IMG/VR virus record: IMGVR_UViG_3300022876_000002
Direction: 5' to 3' (one strand)
Source of the DNA: a virus
Taxonomy: Duplodnaviria; Caudoviricetes
DNA length: 64,000 nucleotides
Shown here piece after piece: positions 48,009 through 57,175 of this stretch; the first letter of the stretch is position 1, and the number at the start of each line of letters is the position of its first letter. The notes beneath the pieces are model-generated. The model saw nothing but the letters and a program-made list of their open reading frames with translations. It was not told the DNA's origin and ran no database searches. Both the position numbers and the translations under genes were made by a program.

Positions 48009-48476
48009 ATGAGTATGAGCACATTCACGCGTTTCAGTGCAGAAGAACAGTTGGTTTACCAGCGGAGTCTTAGCCACGCAGTAGGGAAAGCGTTGTATGC
48101 TGCTCTACCTGGGTACCGCTACTACATTGGATCGGAGAACTCTAACCGCTGGGTAGACGTGGAGACCGGGTTTATTACTGACGGCGCAACTATCCCACGG
48201 ATATTCTGGTGGTTACTCCCGCCAATTGAAGAGTATACCCAGTGTACTACTTTGCATGACAAGCTGTGCACCACGTACTACATCATTGAAATGCGTGACG
48301 GTGTAGAACACCAGGTGCCAGTTACCCGTGCGGTGATCGATGAGATTCTGAAAGAGTCCATGGACGTGTTGGAAGTAACTCCATGGAAGAAGAAGTTTAT
48401 TATGTTTGGGGTTAACTTAAACCGACTGATCAAGAAACCAACTAAGCCAAAACCAGTCTACTCTTTGGCTGCATAA
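48009..48476 (+). CDS. DUF1353-family protein (155 aa)
   Basis: GFITDGATIPRIFWWLLPP...LHDKL is the family signature. Confidence 0.75.
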   Translation: MSMSTFTRFSAEEQLVYQRSLSHAVGKALYAALPGYRYYIGSENSNRWVDVETGFITDGATIPRIFWWLLPPIEEYTQCTTLHDKLCTTYYIIEMRDGVEHQVPVTRAVIDEILKESMDVLEVTPWKKKFIMFGVNLNRLIKKPTKPKPVYSLAA

Positions 48477-48491
48477 GGCTGGGGTGCTGAC

Positions 48492-49418
48492 ATGATTGAA
48501 TTATTGAATCACCGCAACAAAGTAGGGGGTGGTTCCCAAGAAAGTGGCGAACAGTTGGTCTGGACATCGGCCCCAACGGAACCAGAACGCTACGGCCACA
48601 GTTTATTAGCTGTGGGGGATGAAATGTTTATGGCGGGCGGTCTCAACGGCAGCGGGGCCTACCCAACCACTTTCCAAAAATATAATTTCCTTACCAAACA
48701 ATGGGCCGTGCTGGCACCGTTACCTACTACTGGGTTGCGTTATTCTGCTTTGATTGCGGTTAATGGTGACATTCGACCAGTTGGGTTGAGTAACCGTAAA
48801 GAAGCATATGCGTTAACAGGAAACGCTTGGCGCTCTTTAGGAACAGCCCCTGAATGGGTTTGCTACGGATATGTTTCTGGTTGGTACAATGGTAAGTTTT
48901 ATCAGATTGGCGGAGATGGAACAACCGTAAACGGTGTCACGAGGACTAGACAAACTTTCGTTGAATGGGATCCTGCCACAGATAAATGGACAATATTACC
49001 AAATATACCTTTCACCTCGATGTATGCAGCTGGCGGTGTTGTTGGTAATAAATTCTGGGTTTATGGGGGTAACGGAACATTGGCTGGGACCCCGTATATG
49101 TGGACTTACGACTTCATTACCAAAGTCTGGTCACAAGGACCTATGCATCCAAGTGGACAGAGTCGTGCACAAACGTTCAGCGGTAGTCTAGGTAATCGAA
49201 TAATTGTTGGTGGTGGAACTGATGCAGTAAATGGTCGGTCCAAAGAAGTTTATGTTTTCGACTTAGGCGCAATGGGTTGGGAACGCCTCAAGGATTTAGA
49301 ATCTGGTATTAGCGCGACATGTGCTGTTGTGTACGATGACAAAATTTGGGTGCACGGAGGACAGGCTGCTGCTGGTATCCTTAGTAAGTTTTTCTCCTAC
49401 GATATCAAAAGGAGTTAA
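48492..49418 (+). CDS. Kelch-repeat beta-propeller protein (308 aa)
   Basis: About six repeats with GG...Y/F...W (MFMAGG, FYQIGG, FWVYGG, IIVGGG, IWVHGG). Confidence 0.85.
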   Translation: MIELLNHRNKVGGGSQESGEQLVWTSAPTEPERYGHSLLAVGDEMFMAGGLNGSGAYPTTFQKYNFLTKQWAVLAPLPTTGLRYSALIAVNGDIRPVGLSNRKEAYALTGNAWRSLGTAPEWVCYGYVSGWYNGKFYQIGGDGTTVNGVTRTRQTFVEWDPATDKWTILPNIPFTSMYAAGGVVGNKFWVYGGNGTLAGTPYMWTYDFITKVWSQGPMHPSGQSRAQTFSGSLGNRIIVGGGTDAVNGRSKEVYVFDLGAMGWERLKDLESGISATCAVVYDDKIWVHGGQAAAGILSKFFSYDIKRS

Positions 49419-49423
49419 CAAAC

Positions 49424-50329
49424 GTGATTGAACTATTAGCAGGAGGTGGGGCAAAAGGTAAAACCTACTTCCCCGACTCCGGTCCCGGAGAGAAGACCCT
49501 CGTTTATGGTAACGAGGAACTGGGGTACTTCGGTACCCTTACTGTTGACGAGTTCATGGACTACAGTGAACTCCGTCGGCAATTGAAGTTCTTTTTAGGT
49601 AATGCGCAGAACTCAATTAATAACGAATGGGTTAAAGCCATTTACAACAAGAAAGTCATCTTCTTCCCCCGGAAATATATTGCCAGCAGTATCGGGTGGA
49701 ACATGCTGTATGACAACGGCTTAATCCATGGTGTTGATAACAACGGTGCGTTCCAATCAGTTAACGGTCCCGTTAACCAACAGCGATTGGTGAGTGCTAA
49801 AGGTAGTACTTTCAGGGTCCGTGTGTTTGCATCAGATAAATCAGATCCTACTGCCTTATCGGGAAGCTTTAACTGGGGGAACCCCACCACCCAACCTCAA
49901 ATTGATATCAACTTGTCTGAATTGGGGTGCATGGTGAACTCCCTAAGATCCAGTGCCCCGATAAATTACCCTGGTCCTAAATGGAAGGTGCTTGACGCTG
50001 GTGATTTGTTCAACGGAGTAACTGGGGTAGCTAAACAAACTGTGGGTAGTAATAATCTCAACTTTTTGGCGGCGAGTTCGTCAATAGGGGTTAGCCCGTA
50101 TACCAAAGCTACTAACAGTTATGCGTGGCTCCCTGTATTGGAATTGGTACCTTCCACCGAAGTGATCATTCAACCGGCGGTAGACGTCGAATCGCGTAAC
50201 GCACTCATACTGGAACCTGTGGTAATAACTGAGGTAATCCAGAACGTTGGTCTACGGGCTATCCGTAACCCAAGTGTTGTTAGTGTTGGACCGGAGCCTG
50301 TTCATTCGGTCTCGGTTACGTACAGTTAA
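49424..50329 (+). CDS. Tail-tip protein, gp131-like paralogue (301 aa)
   Basis: GPGEKTLVYGNEELGYFG...WLPVLELV. Confidence 0.7.
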   Translation: MIELLAGGGAKGKTYFPDSGPGEKTLVYGNEELGYFGTLTVDEFMDYSELRRQLKFFLGNAQNSINNEWVKAIYNKKVIFFPRKYIASSIGWNMLYDNGLIHGVDNNGAFQSVNGPVNQQRLVSAKGSTFRVRVFASDKSDPTALSGSFNWGNPTTQPQIDINLSELGCMVNSLRSSAPINYPGPKWKVLDAGDLFNGVTGVAKQTVGSNNLNFLAASSSIGVSPYTKATNSYAWLPVLELVPSTEVIIQPAVDVESRNALILEPVVITEVIQNVGLRAIRNPSVVSVGPEPVHSVSVTYS

Positions 50330-50338
50330 GGAATCCTC

Positions 50339-51298
50339 ATGGACATTAAACTTAAGTGGGTTAACCGGAACACTACTCCGGTGACCATAAAGATCTACCG
50401 CAACGAAACCCAAGTCCCTAACGAGCAGTTGGGTGATCCCATAGCGACGTTGGTTGGGACGGCGACTGAATGGACTGATACCACAGCAGTTCGTCGAAAG
50501 ACGTATTACTACACCATCGAGACCACTGATGGTAACGTGCGTAGTTATTCCTTGCCCCGGAAGGTGTTTGCTGATTTCAACAACGGCCCTGGCCCGCGCG
50601 ATTTGATCTGGGGTAACAGTGATTACGGTTACTTTGGTATCGTGGACTCTATTGATTTTTTCAGTGCTTCTGAAGTAGCGGCGCTGGCACAGACTACTTT
50701 AAACTCGCCGCCTTCCAACCCTGTCCCAACCTGGCATAAATGGATACGACGCGGTAAGATCTGTTTCGTACCAGCCCAACCACTCGCCAATACTGTTACT
50801 GTGATACAGCTTTACCAGGCTGGTTTGGTGCACGGCATGGACAACCCCGGTCCTTGGAATCCTGGTTTGGGTACTGCTGGTAACGTTAACCAGCTGCGTA
50901 CCATCGAACGCGGCTATGATAAATTCATTGTCCGATTGCCCACTGCTTCGGATGACCGTAATAATCCCAGTCGCGCCATTCCGACAGGGCAAACCCCAGC
51001 GGTTCGTCGTTACAGTGAAGTCTCGGACCTCATCTATCCAGGCGTGCGTGGTTTTGTGCCTTCATCCCAACGAACACCTAACACCGAGTATTATGTAGTG
51101 CCTGGCCAGCAGAACGCTGGTCGCCAAACAGCGACTTGCACCATGTTCGGCACCACAGGCACACTACAGGGTACTCCTTCAACTGGTGCTACTTCTGGAG
51201 TAGAACTTGAAGCGATTGGTAACCCGGTATCTTGGGCTACTGCCGTATCTTGGACCCCTATCTTGGAAATGGTACCACAGTTGACAGTGGAGATTTAA
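50339..51298 (+). CDS. Tail-tip protein: FnIII/Ig-like N-domain plus gp131-like domain (319 aa)
   Basis: LKWVN..IKIYR..WTD..YYY.I FnIII-like pattern; GPGPRDLIWGNSDYGYFG...WTPILEM. Confidence 0.7.
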   Translation: MDIKLKWVNRNTTPVTIKIYRNETQVPNEQLGDPIATLVGTATEWTDTTAVRRKTYYYTIETTDGNVRSYSLPRKVFADFNNGPGPRDLIWGNSDYGYFGIVDSIDFFSASEVAALAQTTLNSPPSNPVPTWHKWIRRGKICFVPAQPLANTVTVIQLYQAGLVHGMDNPGPWNPGLGTAGNVNQLRTIERGYDKFIVRLPTASDDRNNPSRAIPTGQTPAVRRYSEVSDLIYPGVRGFVPSSQRTPNTEYYVVPGQQNAGRQTATCTMFGTTGTLQGTPSTGATSGVELEAIGNPVSWATAVSWTPILEMVPQLTVEI

Positions 51299-51301
51299 AA
51301 C

Positions 51302-52177
51302 ATGAGCAACACTTTAAAGTGGACCAACCCAAACATATCGTTTGACGAGGTCCAGATCTATCGGTCGGAAGTTAAACCCACTGCCAACGAAATCCCCACC
51401 AACAAAGTAGCTACTATCACCGACGGTGCTACCACGTGGACGGACGACACAGCAGCGCTCAACAAGTACTACTGGTACTGGGTTGCTGTAAAAATAGGTA
51501 CGGAAATCGTTTACGGCTACCCGACCATGGCAATCAATATGCCCTATACTGGCCCCGGTCCTCAGGAACTGCTGACGGGTGACTGGAGTCGTGGTTACTT
51601 TGGGTCTGTAACCAGTACAGACTTCCTTACTAACCAAGAGTTGGTCAGCTGGTTAGGCATCGGGTCTTTGTACAACATTACACATGCCTGGCACAAATTC
51701 ATACTTAACGGCAAGATCCTGTTTTATCCTGAGCGGTACGTAGCATCTAACTTGAGTTGGAACACGTTGTACTCGGCAGGTGTTATGTATGGAGTAGATG
51801 GTAACGGCCCCGCTACTGGTCACGGACTTACCCCAGTCAACCAGAAACGTGTCATTACCAAGGGTGAACACAGTTTCATTGTCCGCTTGCCCCGCTGCCA
51901 GAATACTCCAGACTACTCGTATGCTGCACGACAGGTGTTCGACAGTGAGTGGTATTTGACCCTGGGTTCCGCATTCGGTGTGTTTAACCCTGCCCCTGCA
52001 CTTGACTTGGCAGAGATCAGTCCTGTGCCATTCCCCGCAGGGTTTGCTCCATTTGTTGAGTTCAATGTTGTTGGTCCTGCTTACCTTTCTGTTACCACGC
52101 CAGCCACACCTAGCAGTGGTAGCACACGAACAACTAACGGCCTATGGCGACCGGTGTTGGAGTTGGTGTTGTTATGA
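51302..52177 (+). CDS. Tail-tip protein: FnIII/Ig-like N-domain plus gp131-like domain (291 aa)
   Basis: LKWTN..VQIYR..WTDD..YYWY; GPGPQELLTGDWSRGYFG...WRPVLELV. Confidence 0.7.
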   Translation: MSNTLKWTNPNISFDEVQIYRSEVKPTANEIPTNKVATITDGATTWTDDTAALNKYYWYWVAVKIGTEIVYGYPTMAINMPYTGPGPQELLTGDWSRGYFGSVTSTDFLTNQELVSWLGIGSLYNITHAWHKFILNGKILFYPERYVASNLSWNTLYSAGVMYGVDGNGPATGHGLTPVNQKRVITKGEHSFIVRLPRCQNTPDYSYAARQVFDSEWYLTLGSAFGVFNPAPALDLAEISPVPFPAGFAPFVEFNVVGPAYLSVTTPATPSSGSTRTTNGLWRPVLELVLL

Positions 52178-52207
52178 TTTAAACAAGGCAATAAAGGAGG
52201 GTAATGT

Positions 52208-52600
52208 ATGATGCGATTGTTAAAAGACGAACCGCGATTTGAGGATGTACCTCATGTCGTGCTACGTCTCCCCATGTCCAGTGCAAAGGCCAACAAGCCC
52301 ATTCAGGTACTTGCGGATCGCACCGCGTATCTGAAGGAATGGTTGGAACGGCTACAGTTAGGATCAGGCGGTAAGGGCATCCATTTTATTGGGACATTGC
52401 CTGACCAAGAAGCCTTAGCTGGTATTGATACCGCCGCTCTTCCGGATGGTAGTGCTTACTTTGTAGGTCCTACCATTGCTGTATGGAATCTGTCGGAATG
52501 GGTCGTATCGGAGTCACTTCAGGGTAAACCTGGAGAAGGCATCGACGAACTCAATGACCTTGATTTACTAACTGCCTATCAAACAGCTAAACAAGGGTAA
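52208..52600 (+). CDS. Short paralogue of the long tail fibre N-terminal domain (130 aa)
   Basis: LADRTAYLKEWLE..GTLPDQEAL..AYFVG..VWNLSEW..SLQG aligns with fibre LDARTRWLKEQLE..GYLPDEDTL..CYFVD..AWNGTEW..SLRG. Confidence 0.7.
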   Translation: MMRLLKDEPRFEDVPHVVLRLPMSSAKANKPIQVLADRTAYLKEWLERLQLGSGGKGIHFIGTLPDQEALAGIDTAALPDGSAYFVGPTIAVWNLSEWVVSESLQGKPGEGIDELNDLDLLTAYQTAKQG

Positions 52601-52605
52601 ATACC

Positions 52606-53166
52606 ATGTCCATTTCTGCAAATCTGATTCTGCTCGCCCAGGCACTCGGTGCCGACGTCAAAGCCCTGACCGCCGCCCAAGGTGACCTGGCTTCCCTTCC
52701 AACCACCAACAAGACCAGCCTGGCTGCCGCCCTGGCTGAAATCCACGGCCTGGTCCAGGCTGGTGGCGCTCAGATCGACGACGCTGCCGGTAACGGTGAC
52801 GTAGACGTCGTCTGGTCGGCTGACAAGGTGTTCGACAGCATCGAAGCTGCCAAGACCGCTGTCAAGAACGAACTCCTGGACGGTGCCGGTGGTGCATATG
52901 ACACCTTCAAGGAACTGCAAGACCTCCTGGTTGGCCAGGACGATGCCGTTGCGGCTCTGACTGCTCTGATCGGCAATGCCGTGCGCTTCGACCAGCCTCA
53001 GGTCCTGACCCCCGAGCAACGTGATTTCGCTCTTGGCAACATCGGGGCTGCAAGCAACGTCGAATTGACCGCCCTGTCCGGTCAGGTCAACGCGATCGAC
53101 CAAGCCATCGGCGACGCCGACGCTGACTTGGTTGCCGCCTACAACGCCGCCAAAGCTGCGGAGTAA
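52606..53166 (+). CDS. Ala-rich helical virion (fibre/decoration-like) protein (186 aa)
   Basis: GDLASLPTTNKTSLAAAL..EI and YDTFKEL motifs common in phage fibre/head-decoration proteins; visibly GC-richer than its neighbours. Confidence 0.65.
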   Translation: MSISANLILLAQALGADVKALTAAQGDLASLPTTNKTSLAAALAEIHGLVQAGGAQIDDAAGNGDVDVVWSADKVFDSIEAAKTAVKNELLDGAGGAYDTFKELQDLLVGQDDAVAALTALIGNAVRFDQPQVLTPEQRDFALGNIGAASNVELTALSGQVNAIDQAIGDADADLVAAYNAAKAAE

Positions 53167-53170
53167 GTAA

Positions 53171-53359
53171 GTGAGCGCCAGCGCAAATGCACTGGCGTTG
53201 GCCGAGGTGGTTGGGGGTGACATCAAGGCACTTACAGCCCAGTTGCAAGAGGCTCAAAGCACCATCGCTACTTTGCAGACAGACTTGGGTGCTGCGTTGC
53301 AGCAAATCCAGGACCTGACGGATCAAGTAGCCGCGTTGCAAAACCCACCCCCGGGTTGA
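53171..53359 (+). CDS. Small coiled-coil protein (62 aa), N-terminus paralogous to the upstream gene
   Basis: MSASANALALAEVVGGDIKALTA versus MSISANLILLAQALGADVKALTA. Confidence 0.65.
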   Translation: MSASANALALAEVVGGDIKALTAQLQEAQSTIATLQTDLGAALQQIQDLTDQVAALQNPPPG

Positions 53360-53379
53360 AACAAAAAAGAAAGACGGAA

Positions 53380-53412
53380 TAGTACCCTACTCCCAATGGG
53401 AGTAGGGTACTA
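53380..53412. terminator. Bidirectional terminator
   Basis: tagtaccctactccca-a-tgggagtagggtacta between convergent genes. Confidence 0.8.
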
Positions 53413-53418
53413 GACCTA

Positions 53419-53748
53419 TTAATGCAATTTACGTTTTACAGCCCACCACCAACGCTGGTAGAACTTAGGTTTACGGGTAGCTTTGGTTTTCAGCTCAACG
53501 TATTCCTTCGCTATCTCTTTTAGCAGTTCAGCAGCATGCGTAGCAGCAATCATCGCCATAGCTGTGCGGAAGTCAACGCGACGTAGGTAACCCACCACTT
53601 CCTCAGCAGTGGTCTCTGGACGTTCGATCCGGAGACCCGCTAAGACTGCTTCCATCATGCCGACTGAGTCAGCGATTACGTTATCCGCTGCATCGACAGA
53701 TGGTTTGCTTTTAATCAGGAAGTTAACGAATTGTTCAGTTGGAGTCAC
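53419..53748 (-). CDS. Hypothetical protein (about 109 aa) with a basic/aromatic C-terminus
   Basis: Likely GTG start at 53748 (gaggg upstream); the track start at 53805 overlaps the upstream gene. Confidence 0.6.
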   Translation of the reverse strand: MTPTEQFVNFLIKSKPSVDAADNVIADSVGMMEAVLAGLRIERPETTAEEVVGYLRRVDFRTAMAMIAATHAAELLKEIAKEYVELKTKATRKPKFYQRWWWAVKRKLH

Positions 53749-54025
53749 TGCACTTACCCTCGCTCTGCTCTGTATAGAACAGCTCGTCATCGTCTTCTTC
53801 TTCATTCCAACCAGCCTCGTCAGAGACTACTACCATGTCGCGGCGTACCGCGCGGAGTTCCGACTCGGTCTGACGGATCTGTTTCCAGATATCGGCAGTG
53901 TCTTTCTTGGCGCGATAGAGAGAGTGACGTTCTTCTTCCTCATCAGCCAAACGGATTTCCAGCGCCCGCTCTTTAACTTCGAGGTCGGCGTATTCTGCTT
54001 CGTACTGCTTTTGAGACTTACTCAT
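53735..54025 (-). CDS. Coiled-coil protein with acidic tail (96 aa)
   Basis: aagga RBS; heptads; EEEDDDE tail. Confidence 0.7.
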   Translation of the reverse strand: MSKSQKQYEAEYADLEVKERALEIRLADEEEERHSLYRAKKDTADIWKQIRQTESELRAVRRDMVVVSDEAGWNEEEDDDELFYTEQSEGKCSDSN

Positions 54026-54035
54026 GTTATTTTCC

Positions 54036-54353
54036 TTACACGTAACGGGAATAGAACTGCGGGTCTTCCGACATCAGCTTGAGCAGCGATGGACTATTGC
54101 GAACCATGTCGCTAATCTCTACAGAGATCTGTCCACCCTTGCGCATACGCATGATGCCCAACTGCCACCCGAATTCGATACTGCTGAATTCAATGAAATC
54201 ACCTTCGTTGCAGTAGGTCATAGCCAGCTGCAACATACGCGGCATCGCGGTGTCCATGTAACTGTAAGTACGCACCATGACTGGATCTTTAGATTGGGCA
54301 CGCATCATTACAGCTTTAACACGACGGCTTGGGGTTTGGATTTCGATAGTCAT
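54036..54353 (-). CDS. Hypothetical protein (105 aa)
   Basis: aagga RBS; tight packing. Confidence 0.7.
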   Translation of the reverse strand: MTIEIQTPSRRVKAVMMRAQSKDPVMVRTYSYMDTAMPRMLQLAMTYCNEGDFIEFSSIEFGWQLGIMRMRKGGQISVEISDMVRNSPSLLKLMSEDPQFYSRYV

Positions 54354-54365
54354 TGTCGTAGGTCC

Positions 54366-54857
54366 TTATTCTTCTTCGTCAAACATGGATGGGTCGATAT
54401 CGTCTTCGTCGTGCTCATCAGCAGGATCACCGTAATAGGCTTCATCCTCCTGATGGCCGAACTCGGCAACGTAATCGGCATTATCCCTTTCCACACGTTT
54501 GATGTGCGTAGGCAAGACTGCACACGCTTTGCAGATGATTACTGGTTCATCACCTTGCGCGGCGTAGAAGTCATACCACTTCCAAGCAATAGTGTCTTTA
54601 ACCAACACCGTAAGCTTGCAGTCGTGACAGCAGGTAGGCTGATTACCCTCAGCCTCTTCACCCTCCTGACGACACTCAGCACAAACGATATAACGACCTA
54701 CGGGACCGTGACTGTCGTTCTCGTAGAAATACCCTACAGCCTTGGACAGGTCCTCAGCGGAGCAGTGCTCACAGTAGTCGGACTCTGCCAGGCAGTTGAA
54801 AGTCTTAGTAGCGCGGAAACCAGTTGCGTTGGCCATTGCCTTATTCCTTTTACCCAA
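54366..54857 (-). CDS. Cys-rich putative zinc-binding protein with acidic tail (163 aa)
   Basis: Four CxxC pairs (CEHC, CAEC, CHDC, CKAC); D/E-rich C-terminus. Confidence 0.7.
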   Translation of the reverse strand: MGKRNKAMANATGFRATKTFNCLAESDYCEHCSAEDLSKAVGYFYENDSHGPVGRYIVCAECRQEGEEAEGNQPTCCHDCKLTVLVKDTIAWKWYDFYAAQGDEPVIICKACAVLPTHIKRVERDNADYVAEFGHQEDEAYYGDPADEHDEDDIDPSMFDEEE

Positions 54858-54871
54858 TGAGAATTAATACA

Positions 54872-55396
54872 TTAAGCTGCTTGTTTGAAACGCTCTTTGA
54901 TAGTCTCCAGGAAGAAAGCAACACCCTCTTCCTGTGTACTACCGTTAACGTAAGCAGCCTGAGCACCGTAAGCTTCGATCTCCCAAGGGGTAGTCGCGTA
55001 AGCTTCGCTTATGGTGGTTTGTGGTGCAACAGGTTCACCTTCCCAATAGACCTGGTCGCCAATAGCAGACAGTCGTCCGTCAAGGTACTGCTTGACGTGA
55101 GTCAGCTCGTGTACCAAGTAACTACGGAGAATAGTGAAACGCATGTCCGAAGCACGCTCCAAGTCATTCATGGTAGCGTAAATCGCGCTAGGGTTGATGA
55201 TCAGAGTCAGTACTGGACCCTTACCATCTTTGAAATCATAACCAGTAACGCCACCGGCATAACCAGTTGCATCCAGCTCCGGCATAAACCCAGCTTCAAC
55301 GACGAGTACATTAACATCATACCCTTTCACCAGATCGTAACCTTCTTTACCGAAAATGGCTTTGAAGTCTTTCTTGGAAATATTGCGCAGTTCCAT
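54872..55396 (-). CDS. Zincin-like metallopeptidase (174 aa)
   Basis: VHELTHVKQY (HExxH) plus downstream PWEIEAY third-ligand motif. Confidence 0.75.
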   Translation of the reverse strand: MELRNISKKDFKAIFGKEGYDLVKGYDVNVLVVEAGFMPELDATGYAGGVTGYDFKDGKGPVLTLIINPSAIYATMNDLERASDMRFTILRSYLVHELTHVKQYLDGRLSAIGDQVYWEGEPVAPQTTISEAYATTPWEIEAYGAQAAYVNGSTQEEGVAFFLETIKERFKQAA

Positions 55397-55451
55397 GGTG
55401 TTACTCCTAATGTAGTTAGTAAGCCAAATGACTTACTGTCTATACACCCAA

Positions 55452-55459
55452 GTAATATA
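55452..55459 (-). promoter_or_regulatory. Early promoter TATATTAC
   Basis: Exact consensus (tctcaggccTATATTAC), intergenic, upstream of ATG 55396. Confidence 0.75.
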
Positions 55460-55543
55460 GGCCTGAGATCTCCCAAAATTTAAAACGCAAGTAAGTTATA
55501 TAACACACTGTGGTAAATTACTTAAAAACAAAATAGGTTAAGT

Positions 55544-55572
55544 ACCTACTGCACCCAATGGGTGCAGTAGGT
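55544..55572 (-). terminator. Intrinsic terminator
   Basis: acctactgcaccca-a-tgggtgcagtaggt; T-rich run follows on the minus strand. Confidence 0.75.
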
Positions 55573-55577
55573 TACCT

Positions 55578-55976
55578 TTAGAACGTACGTACTACGCTGG
55601 TAGGAGTGTCAGACAGATCGCCGTTATTCATGTAGACCTTACGGCAAATAACACCCAGCAGGTTATAGAAGTCGGTGATTATCGTTTTGCGGCTCAATAG
55701 TAATTTTTGATCTTCGGTTAACTCCGGGATCTCCAACAACGTTAAGCGCATCTGGATAAGATCGTCTTCCTTATAAGGACGTCCTTCCACCTTGTAGCAG
55801 AGCACGCCACTATGGTAGTAAGACAACGTCACCGACTTCCGGTCTTCAGCCCAGTCAAAACACACTTGGGCATCCAGGTAGTCGTATTTCAGATACAACG
55901 GCCCAAGTCTGAGGATACCCAGCGTAAGTGCCAGGACCTCCTCGTTCTTGGTTATCTTGATACGTGGGATTGGCAT
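55578..55976 (-). CDS. Hypothetical protein (132 aa)
   Basis: Abuts the upstream stop. Confidence 0.65.
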   Translation of the reverse strand: MPIPRIKITKNEEVLALTLGILRLGPLYLKYDYLDAQVCFDWAEDRKSVTLSYYHSGVLCYKVEGRPYKEDDLIQMRLTLLEIPELTEDQKLLLSRKTIITDFYNLLGVICRKVYMNNGDLSDTPTSVVRTF

Positions 55977-57152
55977 TTAACCACCGATCAGTTTGGCGGC
56001 CTCGCGACGTGCTTCAACCTGCATATCGGAGTTACCGCCAGCTACCCAAGGAGTCCAGCCATCCTTGCTGGACCAGCTGTCGTAGATGTCTTCAGCCATG
56101 GCTTCGATGGCTTCCTTCTTGAGATCCAGGTTTTCGGCAGGTACCGGGGTCGGCTCATGGAAGAACTGGTCCTGGATCCGGTGTGTGGCATCCACCACCG
56201 CAGCTGGTAGAACAGTATTCTGTGGACCCTTCTGGCCAGGCTCGATGCGGATACGGACCTTGTACTGTCGACCAGCGCCGTGGTACTTGGATGACTTGAT
56301 GTGCACCAAGCCTTTTGGATCCACCACGTAGGCGTCGTCGTAGAACGGGATGTAGATACCCTGTTTAAGCAGATCCCGCATCAGTGACACATATACCTGC
56401 CAGCGCTTGCCGAATTGGCCCTTGGTGGAGAAACCGACTACCAGACCGACCTTCATTGCATCGACCTTGACGTTATGCAGTGCCAGGGCCTCTACGAGCT
56501 CTTTGTGGGTGGTTTTCTCGGTGATGCCAAGCCAACCTACCAGCAAAGGAATTTGTTGCTGTAAACGAGCCTCAGCGATGTACTCCTGGAGCATCTCCGG
56601 CGAGTCGATTGGTTCGCGTGGGACATACAACGGTTCGTCTGCACGGATGATGGTATCCGGATGCGCAGCCTGGATGGCTTCGATAACAGCATCCACCAGA
56701 GCAGGCAATGTGTACACACCATCTACCCACTGGGATACCCAGCCAGCATGTTGGTGACTGTAGGACAGATCCAGGTGCAGCGCTTTCTCTTTGCAGAGAG
56801 CCTGGAGTTGTTCCATGGTAGCGCCCTTGGGTTTATCCGACCCAGGGTAACGACCTTCCAGTACCGCGATGCGGCGCGACAGCCAACGGATACGATCCTT
56901 GGCTATTTCACCCAGCAAACTCTTGTGGATGTAGTCACCGCCGTTGCGATGCGAGTATACCATCCGTGCGGCGTCTTGCTCGTCGCTGATGGTCGACATC
57001 ATGGACAGACTGTAGGCCAGTTCGTCGTCGCTCAGTAGATGAGCGCCAGCCAGGTCGTCACGACCAATTTCTACATAACGAGGATGTGGATCTTCCTCGC
57101 CCTCAGCCAGCCACTTCAAATCTACAACAGTACGATCTTGAGACATAATCAA
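55977..57152 (-). CDS. Mosaic hypothetical protein (391 aa)
   Basis: Appears to chain small phage modules (YVEI..DDELA..AKDRIRWLSR; C-terminal WTPWVAGGNSDMQ). Confidence 0.7.
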   Translation of the reverse strand: MIMSQDRTVVDLKWLAEGEEDPHPRYVEIGRDDLAGAHLLSDDELAYSLSMMSTISDEQDAARMVYSHRNGGDYIHKSLLGEIAKDRIRWLSRRIAVLEGRYPGSDKPKGATMEQLQALCKEKALHLDLSYSHQHAGWVSQWVDGVYTLPALVDAVIEAIQAAHPDTIIRADEPLYVPREPIDSPEMLQEYIAEARLQQQIPLLVGWLGITEKTTHKELVEALALHNVKVDAMKVGLVVGFSTKGQFGKRWQVYVSLMRDLLKQGIYIPFYDDAYVVDPKGLVHIKSSKYHGAGRQYKVRIRIEPGQKGPQNTVLPAAVVDATHRIQDQFFHEPTPVPAENLDLKKEAIEAMAEDIYDSWSSKDGWTPWVAGGNSDMQVEARREAAKLIGG

Positions 57153-57175
57153 ATTCCAAAATAGAGTGAAAGATT

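Noticed and set aside
53749-53805. Track start of the 128-aa ORF
   Set aside because: It overlaps the 96-aa upstream gene by about 70 nt; GTG 53748 with an RBS is more plausible
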